Positions 35,001 to 64,000 of a DNA stretch of 64,000 nucleotides are shown here, one piece after another. The stretch lies in NCBI RefSeq assembly GCF_009914755.1, contig NC_060945.1. One strand, given 5' to 3'. The position numbers and the translations under genes are program-made. The stretch's first letter is position 1. Each line of letters opens with the position of its first letter. The notes under the pieces are model-generated. The model had not been told where the DNA came from, ran no database searches, and saw only the letters and a program-made list of their open reading frames with translations. This DNA comes from the human T2T-CHM13v2.0 reference genome, Homo sapiens.

Positions 35001-38000
35001 CACTGATCACCCAGGAGATGTAACTCTTGTCTAGGCTCGGCCTACAGGGGCTTTGTGACATATTTCTGCAGTGATCACCCAGGTGATGTAACTGTTGTTT
35101 AGGCTCCACCTACAGGGGGTATTGTGACGTATCTCTGCACTGATCACCCAGGTGATGTAACATTTATGTAGGCTCTGCCTACAGGGGGGGTTTGACATAG
35201 CTCTGCACAGATCACCTAGGTTATGTAACTCTTGTCCACTCTTTGCCTACAGGGGGCATTGTGAAATACCTCTGCACTGATCACCCAGGTGATGGGACTC
35301 TTCTCTATACTCTGCCTAGAGGGGGATTTGTGACATATCTCTGCACTGATTACCCAGGTGATGGAAGTCTTGTTTAGGCTCTGTCTATTGGGGCATTGTG
35401 TCAAATATCTGCACTGATCACCCAGGTGATGTATCTCTTGTCTAGGCTCTGTCTACAGGGATTTTTGTGACATATCACTTCACTGATCACCTAGGTGATG
35501 TAAGCCTTGTATGGGCTTTGCGTACAGAAGGCTTTGTGACATATCTCTTCAATGATCTCTGAGGTGATGCAACTCTTCTCTAGGCACTGCCTACAGGGGA
35601 CATTGGTACACATTTCTGCACTGAGCACCCAGGTGATGGACTCTTGTCTTAGATCTGCCTACATGGACATTGTGACACATCTCTGAACTGATCAACCTAG
35701 TGATGAAACACTTGTCTAGACTCTTCCTACACGGGAATTCTCACATATCTCTCCACTGATCACCCAGGTGATGTAACTCCTGTCTAGCCTCTGCCTACAG
35801 GGGCTTTGTGACATATCTCTGCACTGATCACCCAGGTGATGGGATTTTGGCTAGGCTCTGCCTATGGGGGCATTGTGACATATCTCTACACTGATCACCC
35901 AGGTGATGTAACTCTTTTGTTGGATCTGCCTATGGGGGCATTGTGACATATTTATGCACTGATCACCCAGGTGATGGGACTCTTTTCTAGGCTCTGTGTA
36001 TGGGGGCTATGTGACGTTTCTCTGCACTGATCACCCAGGTGATGCAACACTTGACTAGCCTCTGCCTACGGGGCATAGTGACATATCACTGCATTGATCA
36101 CCGAGGGGATGTAACTCTTGTCCAGGCTCTGCCTATAGGGGACCTTGTGACATATCTCTGCACTGATCATCTAGGTGATGTAACTCTTGCTTACACTCTG
36201 CCTTCAGGGGCATTGTGAAATATCTCTGCACTGATCACCCAGGTGATGGGACTTTTCTCTATGCTCTGCCTACTGGGGGCATTGTCACATATTTCTGCAC
36301 TGATCACTCAGGTGACAGACCCTTGTCTTGGATTTGCCTATGTGGGCATTGTGACATATCTCTGCACTGATCATCCAAGTGATGTAAATATTGTCTAGGA
36401 TCTGCCTAAAGGGACTTTGTGACATACCTCTACACTGATCCTCCAGGTGATGAGACTTTTGTCTAGGCTCTGCCTAAGGGGGCATTGTGACATATTTCTG
36501 CACTGATCACCCAGGTGACGGACTCTTGTGTTGGATCTGCCTATGGGGGCATTGTGACATATCTCTGCACTGATAACCCAGGTGATGTAACTTTTGTATA
36601 AGCTCGGCCTACAGGGGAATTGTGAGAGATCTCGCCACTGATCACCCAAGTGATGTAACGATAGTCTAGGCTTTACCTGCAGGGGGCTTTGTGACATACC
36701 TTTGCACTGATCTCCCAGGTGATGTAACTCATCTAAGTTCTGCCTACAGGAGCTTTATGACATATCTCTGCACTGATCATTTAGGTGATGTAACACTTTT
36801 ATAAGCATTGCCTAGAGGGAATTTAGGCAAATCACTGCACTGATCACCTAGGAGATGTAACTCTTGTCTACCCTCTTCCCAAAGGGGGCATTGTGTAATA
36901 TCTCTGCACGGATCTCCCAAGTGATTCAATTCTTGTCTAGGATCTGTCTGGGTATTTTGAAATATCTCTGCAGTGATCAACTAGGTGATGTAACTCTTGT
37001 CAAGGCTCTGCCTACACTGTCGTTTTTACATATCCCTGAACTGATGACAAAGGTGATGTAACTCTTGCCTAGGCTTTGCCTACAGGAGACATTGTGATAT
37101 ATCTCTGCACTGCTCACCCAGGTGATGCAACTCTTCTCTATTATCTGCCTACAAGCGACATTGAGAAATATCTCTGCACTGATCACCCAGGTGTTAGAAC
37201 TCTTTTCTAGTCTCTGCCTGCAGATGGCGTTGTGACATCACTCTGAACGGATCACCCGGGTAAAGTAACTCTTGTCTAGGCTCTGCCTACGGGGGCATAG
37301 TGCCTTATATCTGCAGTGATCACCTAGGAGATGTGACTCTTGTCTAAGCTCTGCCTAGAGGGACATTGGGATGTATCTCTGCACTGATCGCTGAGGTGAT
37401 GTAAAACTTGTCTAGGCTTTGCCTACAGTGGGATTTATGACATGTCTCTTCACTGATCACCCAGGTGATGTAACTCTTGTCTAGGCTCAGCTTACAAGGG
37501 GTATTGTGAGACATCTCTGCACTGATCACCCAGGTGATATAACTCTTGTCTAGGCTCTGCCTACAGGGGTATTTTAAGATGTCACTGCATTGATTACCGA
37601 CATGATGGAACACTTGTATATGCTTCGCCGACAGGGGTCATGGAGACATGTCTGTGCACTGATCACCGAGGTGATGCAACTCCATTCTTGGATCTGCTTA
37701 CAGGGGGCATTGTGACATATCTCTGCCGTGATCACCCAGGTAATGTAACTCTTGTCTAGGCTCTTCCTACTGGAGACATTGTGAGTTATCTTCACACTGA
37801 TCACCCAGGTGTTATCACTTTTGTCTAGGATACGGCTACAGGGACATTGTGACATGTCACTGCACTGATCACACAGCTGATGTAACTCTTGTATAGGCTC
37901 TGGCTACAGGGTGCTTGTGACACATCTCTGCACTGATCACCCAGGTGATGTAACCCTTGTCTAGGCTCTGCCAAAAGGGGGCATTGTGACATAACTCTGT

Positions 38001-40164
38001 ACTGATCAACCAGGTGATGGGACTCTTGTCTAGACTATGCCTATAGGGGCATTGTGACATAGCTCTGCAGTGATCATGCAGGTGATGTAACTCTTGTATA
38101 TATCTGCCTACTGGCATCATTGTGGCATATTTCTGCACTGATCACCCAGTTGATAGACTCTTGACTTGTGTCTGTGTATGGGGGCATAGTGACATATCTC
38201 TGCACTGATCACTCATGTGATGTGACGCTTGTCTAAGCCTCGCCTAAAGGGGAATTGTGACAGATATCTCCACTGATCACCCAGGTGATGGACTGTTGTC
38301 TTGGATCTGTCTATGGGGGCATAGTGACATATCTCTTCACTGATCACTCATGTGATGTAACGCTTGTCAAATCTGCACCTAAAGGAGAATTGTGACAGAT
38401 ATCTCCACTGATCACCCAGGTGATGTAACAATTTTGTGGGATTTGTCTACAGGGGGCTTTGTGACATATCTTTGCACTGATCACCCAGGAGATGTAACTC
38501 TAGTCTAGGCTTGGTCTACAGGGTCTTTGTGACATATTTCTGCACTGATCACTTAGGAGATGTAACTCTTGTTTAGGCTCTCCCTACAGAGGCTTTGTGA
38601 CATATTTCTGTACTGATCACCCAGGTGATGTAACACTTGTCTAGGCTCCACCTACAGGCCGTATTGAGACGTATCACTGCACTGATCACCAAGGTGATGT
38701 AACTCTTTTCTAGGCTCCACCTACAATGTGTATTGTGATGTATCTCTGTACTGATCACCCAGGTGATGTAACATTTATCTAGGCTCTGCCTACTGGGGCG
38801 TTTTGACTAGCTCTGCACAGATCACCTAGGTTATGTAGCTCTTGTCCACTCTCTGCCTACAGGGGGCATTGTGAAATATCTCTGCACTGATCACCCAGGT
38901 GATGGGACTCTTCTCTATACTCTGCCTAGAGGGGGATTTGTGACATATCTGTGCACTGATCACCCAGGTGATGGAAATCTTGTCTAGGCTCTGTCTATGG
39001 GGGCATTGTGTCAAATATCTGCACTGATCACCCAGGTGATGTAACTCTTTTCTAGGCTCTGTCTACAGTGATTTTTGTGGCATATCACTTCACTAATCAC
39101 CTAGGTGATGTAAGACTTGTGTGGGCTTTGCCTACATAAGGCTTTGTGACATGTCCATGCACTGAACTCTGAGGTGATGCAACTCTTGTCTAGTCACTGC
39201 CTATAGGAAACATTGGTACATATCTCTGCACTGATCAACCAGGTGATGGACACTTGTCTTAGATCTGCCTACATGGACATTGTGACAAATCTCTGATCTG
39301 ATCAACCAAGTGATGAAACTCTTGTCTAGTCTCTGCCTTTAGTGGCTTTGTGACACTACTCTGCATGGATCACCCTGGGGAGGGAACACTTGTCTACATT
39401 CTGCCTACAGGAGGCTTTATGACTTATACCTGCACTGATAACCTAGGTGACATAACACTTGCCTAGACTCTGCCTACAAGGGAATTCTCACATATCCCTG
39501 CACTGATCACCCAGTTGATGTAAGTCATTTCTAGTTTCAGCCTACAGGAGCGTTTGGACATATCTCTGCACTGATCACCGTGGTGATGTAACCCTTCTCT
39601 AAGCTCTGCCTACAGGGGCATTGTGACCGATCTCTCCACTGCTCACCCAGGTGATGTAACAATTGTCTGGACTTTGCCTACAGGGGGCTTTGTTATATAC
39701 ATTTCTAATGATCAAACAGGTGATGGAACCCTTGTCAAGGTTCTGCTTACAGGGGCTTTGTGACATATCTCTGCACTGATCACCCCAGGGAGGAAACACT
39801 TGTCTACACTCTGCCTACAGGAGGCTTTACGACTTAACCCTGCACTGATCCCTAGGTGATGTAACACTTGTCTAGGCTCTGTCTACACGGGAATTTTCAC
39901 ATATCTCTACACTGATCACCTAAGTGATGTAACCCTTGCCTAGGTTCAGCCTACTGGGGATTTCTGACATACCTATGCACTGATCACCGAGGTGATGTAA
40001 ATCATTTCCAGGCTTTTTGTACAGGGGACATTGTGATATATCTCTGCACTGATCACGGAAATGATGCAAATCTTCTCTAGGCTCTGCAGGGAGGGGGCAT
40101 TGTGACATATTTCTGAACTGATCGTCCAAGAGATGTAACTATTTGCCAGGCGTTGACTAAAGAG
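32064..40164 (-). repeat. Beta satellite block 4
   Basis: Tandem 68-bp monomers. The ordered variant series restarts at ~33850 and ~35790. Confidence 0.96.
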
Positions 40165-42658
<2,494 letters not shown>

Positions 42659-44218
42659 ACGCATCTCTGAACTGATCAACACTGTGATGTAACACTTGTC
42701 TAGGCTCTGCCTACAGGGGCTTTGTGACATATCTCTTCACTGATCACCCAGGTGATGTAACCCTTGAGTTGGATCTGCCTATGGGGGCATTGTGAAATAT
42801 TTCTGCAATGGTAACCCAGGTGATGGGATTCTTGCCTAGGCTCTGTGTATGGGGGCTTTGTGACATATCTCTGCACTGATCACCCAGGTGATGGGACTTT
42901 TGTCTAGGCTCTGCCTATGGGGGCATTTTGACATATCTCTACACTGATCACCCAGGTGACGTAACCCTTGTGTTGGATCTGCCTATGGGGGCATTGTGAC
43001 ATATCTCTGCACTGATCACCCAGGTGATGTAACGCTTGACTAAGCTCTGCCTATGGGACATATAGACATATCACTGCATTGATCACCGAGGTGTTGTAAC
43101 TCTTGTCCAGGCTCTGCCTATAGGGGGCCTTGTGACATATCTCTGCACTGATCATCTAGGTGATGTAACTCTTGCTTACGCTCTGCCTGCAGGGTCATTG
43201 TGAAATATCTCTGCACTGATCACCCAGGTGATGGGACTATTGTCTAGGCTCTGCCTGTGGTGGCATTGTGACATATCTCTGCACTGATCACCCAGGTGAT
43301 GTAACTGTTGTATAAGCTCTGCCTACAGGGGAAGTGTGACACATCTCTGATCTGATCAACCAAGTGATGAAACTCTTGTCTAGGCTCTGCCTATAGGGGC
43401 TTTGTGACACATCTCTGCACTGATCACCCTGGGGAGGGAACTCTTGTCTACACTCTGCCTACAGGAGGCTTTATGACTTATACCTCCACTGATAACCTAG
43501 GCGATGAAACACTTGTCTAGGCTCTGCCTACACGGGAATTCTCACATATCTCTGAACAGATCACCCGGGTGATGTAACTCCTCTCTAGGTTCAGCCTACA
43601 GGAGCGTTTTGACATATCTCTGCACTGATCACCCAGGTGATGTAACCCTTGTCTAAGCTCTGCCTACAGGGGCATTGTGACAGATCTCTCCACTGCTCAC
43701 CCAGGTGATGTAACAATTGTCTGGACTTTGCCTACAGGGGTATTTGTGATATACATTTCCACTGATCAAACAGGTGATGTAACCCTTGTCAAGCTTCTGT
43801 TTACAGGGGCTTTGTGACATATCTCTGCACTGAACGCCCCAGGGAGGAAACACTTTTCTACCCTCTGCCTACAGGAGGCTTTACGACTTATCCCCGCAGT
43901 GATCACTAGGTGATGTAACACCTGTCTATGCTCTGTCTACACGGGAATTTTCACATATCTCTACACTGATCACCTAAGTGATGTAACCCTTGTCTAGGTT
44001 CAGCCTACTGGGGATTTCTGACATACCTATGCCCTGATCACCGAGGTGATATAAATCATTTCCATGCTTTTTGTACAGGGTACATTGTGATATATCTCTG
44101 CACTGATCAGCCAAACAATGCAAATCTTCTCTAGACTCCGCAGGGAGGGGGCATTGTGATATATTTCTGAACTGATGATGCAGAAGATGTAACTATTCTC
44201 CAGGCTTTGACTAAAGAG
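42659..44218 (-). repeat. Beta satellite block 5
   Basis: Tandem 68-bp monomers. Shortest spacer between two full elements. Confidence 0.96.
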
Positions 44219-46987
<2,769 letters not shown>

Positions 46988-49900
46988 ACATATCTCTGAA
47001 CTGATCAAAAAAGTGATATAACTCTTGTTTAGGCTCTGCCTACAGGGGCTTTGTGACATATCTCTGCCCTTATCACCCAGGTGATGGGACTTCTGTCTAG
47101 GCTTTGCCTACGGGAGCATTGTGACATATCTCTACACTGATCACCCAGGTGATGTAACTCTTGTGTTGGATCTGCCTGTGGGGGCACTGTGACATATGTC
47201 TGCACTGATCACCCAGGTGATGGGATTCTTGTCTAGGCTCTGTGTACGGGGGCTTTGTGACATATCTCTGCACTGATTATCCAGGTGGTGTAACGCTTGA
47301 CTAGGCTTTGCCTACGGGGCATAGTGACATATCACTGCATTGATCACCGAGGTGATGTAACTCTTTTCCAGGGTCTGCCTATAGGAGGCCTTGTGACATA
47401 TCTCTGCACTGATCGTCTAGGTGATGTAACTCTTGCTTACGCTCTGCCTGCAGGGGCATTGTGAAATATTTCTGCACTGATCACCCAGGTGATGGGACTC
47501 TTTTCTAGGCTCTACCTACTTGTGGCATTGTCACATATTTCTGCACTGATCACCCAGGTGACAGACTGTTGTGTTGGATTTGTCTATGGGGGCATTGTGA
47601 CATATCTCTGCACTGATCACACAGGTGATATAACACTAGTCTAAGATCTGCCTAAAGGGGCATTGTGACAGATCTCTGCACTGATCACTCAGGTGATGTA
47701 ACTATTGTATAGGCTCTGCTTAAAGGGGCCTTGTCAAATATCTCTGCACTGTTAACCGAGGTGATGTTACTCTTGTCTAGGCTGTGCCCACAGTGGGATT
47801 GAGACATATCTCTGCACTGATCCCGAGGTGATCAAACTCTTGCCTGGTCTCTGCCTACTGGGGAAATTGTGACATATCTCTACACTGATCTCCCAGGTGC
47901 TGTAACTTTAATCTAGGCTCTGGCTACAGGACATTGGGATATATCACTGCACTGGTCACCCAGGTGATATAACTCTTGTCTAGGCTCTGCCTATAGGGGG
48001 CTTTTGACATATCTCTGCACTGAATACCCAGGTGATATAACTCTACTCTAGGATGTGCCTACAGGGTGCTTTGTGACATACCTTTGCACTGATCACCCAG
48101 GTGATGTAACTCATCTAAGTTCTGCCTACAGGAGCTTTGTGACATATCTCTGCACTGAACACTTATGTGATGTAACCCTTTTATAAGCACTGCCTACAGG
48201 GAATTTTGTCAAGTCTCTGCACTGATCACCTAGCTGATGTAACTCTTGTCTACCCTCTGCCAAAAGGGGGCATTGTGAAATATCTCTGCAATGATCACCC
48301 AGGTGATTCAACTCTTGTCTAGGATCTGCCTACAGGGGGTATTGTGAAATATCTCTGCACTGATCAACTAGGTGATGTAACTCTTGTCTAGGCTCTGCCT
48401 ACAGTGGCGTTTTCACATATCCCTGAACTGATGACAAATGTGATGTAACTCTTGCCAAGCCTTTGCCTACAGGGGACATTGTGACATATCTCTGCACTGA
48501 TCACCCAGGTGATGCAACTCTTCTCTATGCTCTGCCTGCAGGGGACATTGTGACATATCTCTGCACTGATCTCCCAGGTGATGTAACTATTTTCTAGTCT
48601 CTCCCTACAGAGGGCATTGTGACATCACTCTGCACGGATCACCCGGGTTGTGTAACTCTTGTCTAGGCTCTGCCTATGGGGGCATTGTGACTTATCTCTG
48701 CACTGATCACCTGGCAGATGTGACTCTTGTCTAAGCTCTGCCTAGAGGGACATTGGGTCATATCTCTGCAATGATGGCTGAAGTGATGTAAAACTTGTCT
48801 AGGCTTTGCCTACAGTGGGATTTATGACATATCTGTGCACTGATCACCCAGGTTATGTAACTCTTGTCTAGGCTCTGCTTACATTGGGTATTGTGAGATA
48901 TCTCTGCACTGATCACCCAGGTGATGTAACTCTTGTCTAGGCTCTGCCTACAGGGGCATTTTAACATATCACTGCAGTGATCACCGAGATGATGTAACTC
49001 TTGTATAGGCTTCGCCTACAGGGGGCATTGTGACATATCTCTGACCTGATCAACCAGGTGATTGATGTAACTCTTGTCTAGGCTCTGCCTACTGGAGTCA
49101 TTGTGACATATCTCCGCACTGATCACCCAAGTGATGTCACCTTAGTCAAGGATATGGCTACAGGGACTTTGTGACATGTCACTGCACTGATCACACAGCT
49201 GATGTAACCCTTGTCTAGGCTCTGGCTACAGGGGGCTTCTGACACATCTCTGCAGTGATCTCCCATGTGATGTAACCTTTTTCTAGGCTCTGCCAAAAAG
49301 GGGCATTGTGACATAACTCTGCACTGATCATCCAGGTAATGGGACACTTATCTAGGCTATGCCTACCCGGGCATTTGGACATATCTCTGCAGTGATCACA
49401 CAGGTCATGTAACTATTTTCTATATCTGCCTACTGGCGGCATTGTGGCATATATCTGCACTGATCACCCAGGTGATGGACTCGTGTGTTGGATCTGCCTA
49501 TAGGGTCATAGTGACATATCTCTGCACTGATCACTCATGAGATGTAACACTAGTCTAAGCTGCGCCTAAAGGGGAATTTTGACAGATATCTCCACTGATC
49601 ACCCAGGTGATGTAACAATTTTCCGGGATTTGTCTCCAGGGGGCTTTGTGACATATCTTGGCACTGATCACCCAGGAGATGTAACTCTTGTCTCGTCTTG
49701 GCCTACATGGACGTTGTGACATATTTCTACGCTCATCACCCAGGTGATGTAACTCTTGTCTAGGCTCCACATACAGGGGGTATTGTGACGTATCTCTGCA
49801 CTGATCACCCAGGTGATGTAACGTTTATCTAGGCTCTGCCTAGAGGGGCGTTTTGACATACCTCTGCACAGGTTATGTAACTCTTGTCCACTCTCTGCCT

Positions 49901-50523
49901 ATAGGGGGCATTGTGAAATATCTCTGCACCGATCACCCAGGTGATGGGACTCTTCTCTATACTCTACCTAGAGGGGGATTTGTGACATATCTCTGCACTG
50001 ATCACACAGGTGACGGAAGTCTTTTCTAGGCTCTGTGTATGGGGGAATTGTGTCAAATATCTGCAATGACCACCCAGGTGATGTAACTCTTTTCTAGGCT
50101 CTGTCTATGGGGATTTTTGTGACATATCACTGCACTGATCACCTATGTGATGTAAGCCTTTTATGAACTTTGCCTACAGAAGGCTTTGTGACATATCTAT
50201 GCACTGATCTCTGAGGTGATGCAAGTCTTGTCTAGGCACTGCCTACAGGGGACATTGGTACATATCTCTGTACTGATCACCCAGGTGATGGAATGTTGTC
50301 TTAGATCTGCCTACATGGACATTGTGACAAATCTCTGAACTTATCAACCAAGTGATGAAAGTCTTGCCTAGGTTCTGCCTAGGGGGGCTTTGTGACACAT
50401 TTCTGCACTGATCACCCTGGAGAGGAAACTCTTGTCTACACTCTGCATACAGGAGGCTTTATGACTTATACCTGCACTGATAACCTAGGTGATGTAACAC
50501 TTGTCTAGGCTTTGCCTACGTGG
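46988..50523 (-). repeat. Beta satellite block 6, ends at the inversion breakpoint
   Basis: Minus-orientation monomers end at ...ctttgcctacgtgg. Confidence 0.95.
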
Positions 50524-57653
<7,130 letters not shown>

Positions 57654-59717
57654 CTCTTTAGTCAAAGCCTGGAGAATAGTTACATCTTCCTGGATGATCA
57701 GTTCAGAAATATGTCACAATGCCCCCTCCCTGCGGAGCCTAGAGAAGATTTGCATCATTTGGGTGATCAGTGCAGAGATTTATCACAATGTCCCCTGTAC
57801 AAAATGCCTGGGAATGATTTACATCACCTCGGTGATCAGTGCATAGGTATGTCAGAAATCCCCAGTAGGCTGAACCTAGACAAGGGTTACATCACTTAGG
57901 TTATCAGTGTAGAGATATGTGAAAATTCCCGTGTAGACAGAGCCTAGACAGGTGTTACACCACCTAGGGATCAGTGCCGGGATATGTCATAAAGCCTCCT
58001 GTAGGCAGAGTGTAGACAAGTGTTTCCTCCCTGGGGTGATCAGTGCAGAGATATGTCACAAAGCCCCTATAAGCAGAACTTTGACAAGGGTTACATCACC
58101 TGTTTGATCAGTGGAAATGTATATCACAAAGACCCCTGTAGGCAAAGCCCAGACAATTGTTACATCACCTGGGTGAGCAGTGGAGAGATATGTCACAATG
58201 CCCCTGTAGGCAGAGCTTAGACAAGGGTTACATCACCTGGATGATCAGTGCAGAGATATGTCAAAACGCTCCTGTAGGCTGAACCTAGACAGGAGTTACA
58301 TCACCCAGGTTATCAGTGCAGAGATATGTGAGAATTCCAGTGTAGGCAGAGCCTAGACAAGTGTTATATCACCTAGGTTATCAGTGCAGGTATAAGTCAT
58401 AAAGCCTCTTGTAGGCAGAGTGTAAACCAGAGTTCCCTCCCCAGGGTGATCAGAGCAGAGATGTGTCACAAAGCCCCTGTAGGCAGAGCCTAGACAAGAG
58501 TTTCATCACTCAGTTGATCAGTTCAGAGATGTGTCACAATGTCCATGTAGGCAGATCTAAGACAAGTGTCCATAACATGGGTGATCTGAGCAGAGATATG
58601 TACCAATGTCCCCTGCAGCCAGTGCCTAGACAAGAGTTGCATCACCTCAGAGATCAGTGCATAGATATGTCACAAAGCCTTCTATAGGTAAAGCTCATAC
58701 AAGGCTTACATCACCTGGGTGATCAGTGCAGAGATATTTCACAATGTCCCCTGTAGGCAGAGAGTGGAAAAGAGTTAGATAACCTAGGTGATCTTTGCAG
58801 GGCTATGTCAAAACGCCCCTGTAGGCAGAGCCTAGATAAATATTACATCACCTGGGTGATCAGTGCAGAGATAGGTTCCAATACCCCATGTAGGTGGAGC
58901 CTAGACAAGAGTTACATCACCTGGGTGATCAGTGCAGAGATATGTCACAAAGCCCCTGTAGGCCGAGCCTAGACAAGCGTTACATCACGTGGGTGATCAG
59001 TGCAGAGATATCTCACAATATCCCCTGTAAGCAGAGTCTAGACCAGAGTTACATCACGTGGGTGATCAGTGTAGAGATGTGTCATAAATCCCACTGTATG
59101 CAAACCCTAGACAAGTTTTACATCACCTCAGCGATCAGTGCAGAGATATGTCCCAGTGTCCCTCTTGGCAGAGCTTAGACAAGAGTCACATCTCCTGGGT
59201 GATCAGTCCAGAGATAAGTCACAATGCCCCCATAGACAGGCCTAGACAAGAGTTATATAACCCGAGTGATCCTCAGTGCAGAGATATGTCACTATGCCCC
59301 CATAGGCAGATCCAAGACAAGAGTCCATCACCTGGGTGCTCACTGCAGAAATATGCCACAATGCTGCCATTGGGCAGATATAGACAAGAGTTACATCACC
59401 TGCGTGATCACTGCAGAGATATGTCACAATGCCCCTGTAGGCAGAGCCTAGACAAGTGTCCCATCACCTGGGTGATCAGTGCAGAGTTATGTCACAATGC
59501 CCCCTTTTGGCAGAGCCTAGACAAGGTTTACATCACCTGGGTGATCAGTGCAGAGATGTGTCACAAGCCCCCTGTAGCCAGAGACTAGACAAGTGTTACA
59601 TCAGCTGTGTGATCAGTGCAGTGACATGTCACAGTGCCCCTGTAGCCATATCCTTGACAAAAGTGACATCACTTGGGTGATCAGTGCGCAGATATGTCAC
59701 AATGTCTTCAGTAGGCA
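57654..59717 (+). repeat. Beta satellite block 8 (opposite orientation), beginning with pLAM-homologous monomers
   Basis: gttcagaaatatgtcacaatgccccctccctgcggagcctagagaagatttgcatc followed by + strand monomers. Confidence 0.95.
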
Positions 59718-60105
59718 CTGATCACCCCAGGGAGGAAACACTTTTCTACGCTCTGCCTACAGGAGTCTTTACGACTTATCCCTGAACTGATCACTAGGTG
59801 ATGTAACACTTGTCTAGGCTCTGTCTACACGGGAATTTTCACATACCTCTGCACTGATAACCTAAGTGATGTAACCCTTGTCTAGGTTCAGCCTACTGGG
59901 GATTTCTGACACACGTATGCACTGATCAGCGAGGTGACATAAATCATTTCCAGGCTTTTTTTGCAGGTGATATTGTGAAATATCTCTGCACTGATCACCC
60001 AAATGATGCAAATCTTCTCTGGGCTCCGCAGGGAGGGGCATTGTGACATATTTCTGAACTGATCATCCAGGAGATGTAACTATTCTGCAGGCTGTGACTA
60101 AAGAG
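59718..60105 (-). repeat. Beta satellite block 9 (about 6 monomers)
   Basis: Return to minus orientation. Same monomer series as directly 3' of the other elements. Confidence 0.94.
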
Positions 60106-62868
<2,763 letters not shown>

Positions 62869-64000
62869 ACACATCTCTGAAGTGATCAACAAAGTGATGT
62901 AACCCTTGTCTAGGCTCTGCCTACAGGGGCTTTGTGACATAACTCTGCAAGGATCATACAGGTGATGGGGCTTTTGTCTAGGCTCTGACTAAGGGGGCAT
63001 TGTGACATATTTCTGCACTGATCACCCAGGTGACGGACTCTTGTCTTGGATCTGCCTATGGGGACCTTGGGTCATATCTCTGCACTGATAACCCAGGAGA
63101 TGTAACTGTTGTATAAGCTCTGCCTACAGGGGAATTGTGAGAGATCTCGCCACTGATCACCCAAGTGATGTAACTATTGTCTAGGCTTTGCCTACAGGGG
63201 GCTTTGTGAAATAAATTTGCACTGATCACCCAGGTGACGTAACTCATCTAAGTTCTGCTACAGGAGCTTTGTGACATATCTCTGCACTGATCATTTAGGT
63301 GATGTAACACTTTTATAAGCACTGCCTACAGGGAATTTTGAAAAGTCTGCACACTGATCACCTAGGTGATGTAACTCTTGTCTACCCTCTGCCCAAAGGG
63401 CGCATTGTGAAATATCTCTGCACTGATCACCCTGGTGATTCAACTCTTGTCTAGGATCTGCCTAAGGGGGTATTGTGAAATATCTCTGCACTGATCAACT
63501 AGGGGATGTAACTCTTGTCTAGGCTCTGCCTGCAGGGCCGTTTTCACATATCCCTGAACTGATGACAAAGGTGATGTAACTCTTGCCTAGGCTTTGCCCA
63601 CAGGGGACATTGTGACATATCTCTGCACTGATCACCCAGGTGATGTAATTCTTCTCTATGCTCTGCCTACAGTGGATATTGTGACATATCTCTACACTGA
63701 TCACCCAGGTAATGCAACTCTTCTCTATGCTCTGCCTACAGGGGGCATGGTGAAATATCTCTGCACTGATCACCCAGGTGATGTAACTGTTTCCTAGTCT
63801 CTGCCTACAGAGGTTGTTGTAACATCAGTCTGCACGGATCACCCGGGTTATGTAACTATTGTCTAGGCCCTGTGTATTGGGGCATTGTGACTTATCTCTG
63901 CACTGACCACCCAGGAGATGTGACTCTTGTCTAAGCTCTGCCTAGAGGGACATCTGGACATGTCTCTGCACTGATGGCTGAGGTGAAGTAAAAATTGTCT
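62869..64000 (-). repeat. Beta satellite block 10 (runs off the window edge)
   Basis: Tandem 68-bp monomers. Confidence 0.96.

Overview
This window is primate (most likely human/hominoid) heterochromatin with no intact protein-coding gene. 1-~265 is classical (CATTC)n HSat3-type satellite. ~266-9836 is a CCACT/CCATT pentamer satellite carrying ~28 copies of the same ~60-bp antisense Alu 3'-end fragment, arranged as a five-type higher-order repeat of ~1.5-2.0 kb. 9837-64000 is 68-bp beta satellite (BSR/Sau3A) interspersed with seven D4Z4-derived elements (six of ~2.76 kb, one of ~2.49 kb) plus one ~445-bp fragment, i.e. an LSau/D4Z4-beta-satellite composite of the kind known from acrocentric short arms and other pericentromeres. 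The chromosome cannot be assigned from sequence alone. Every DUX4-like ORF is disabled, and none has the ATTAAA polyadenylation signal of the 4qA pLAM. A ~9.2-kb block (~50524-59717) is inverted relative to its flanks. The most interesting items are the Alu-fragment composite satellite, the finding that the pLAM/exon-3-like tail of each unit is an ATG-deleted duplicate of the DUX 5' UTR, an in-frame HD1-deleted copy under an intact TATAA box, and the inversion architecture. All comparisons to D4Z4, DUX4, Alu and BSR references were made from recalled sequence and need alignment to confirm.
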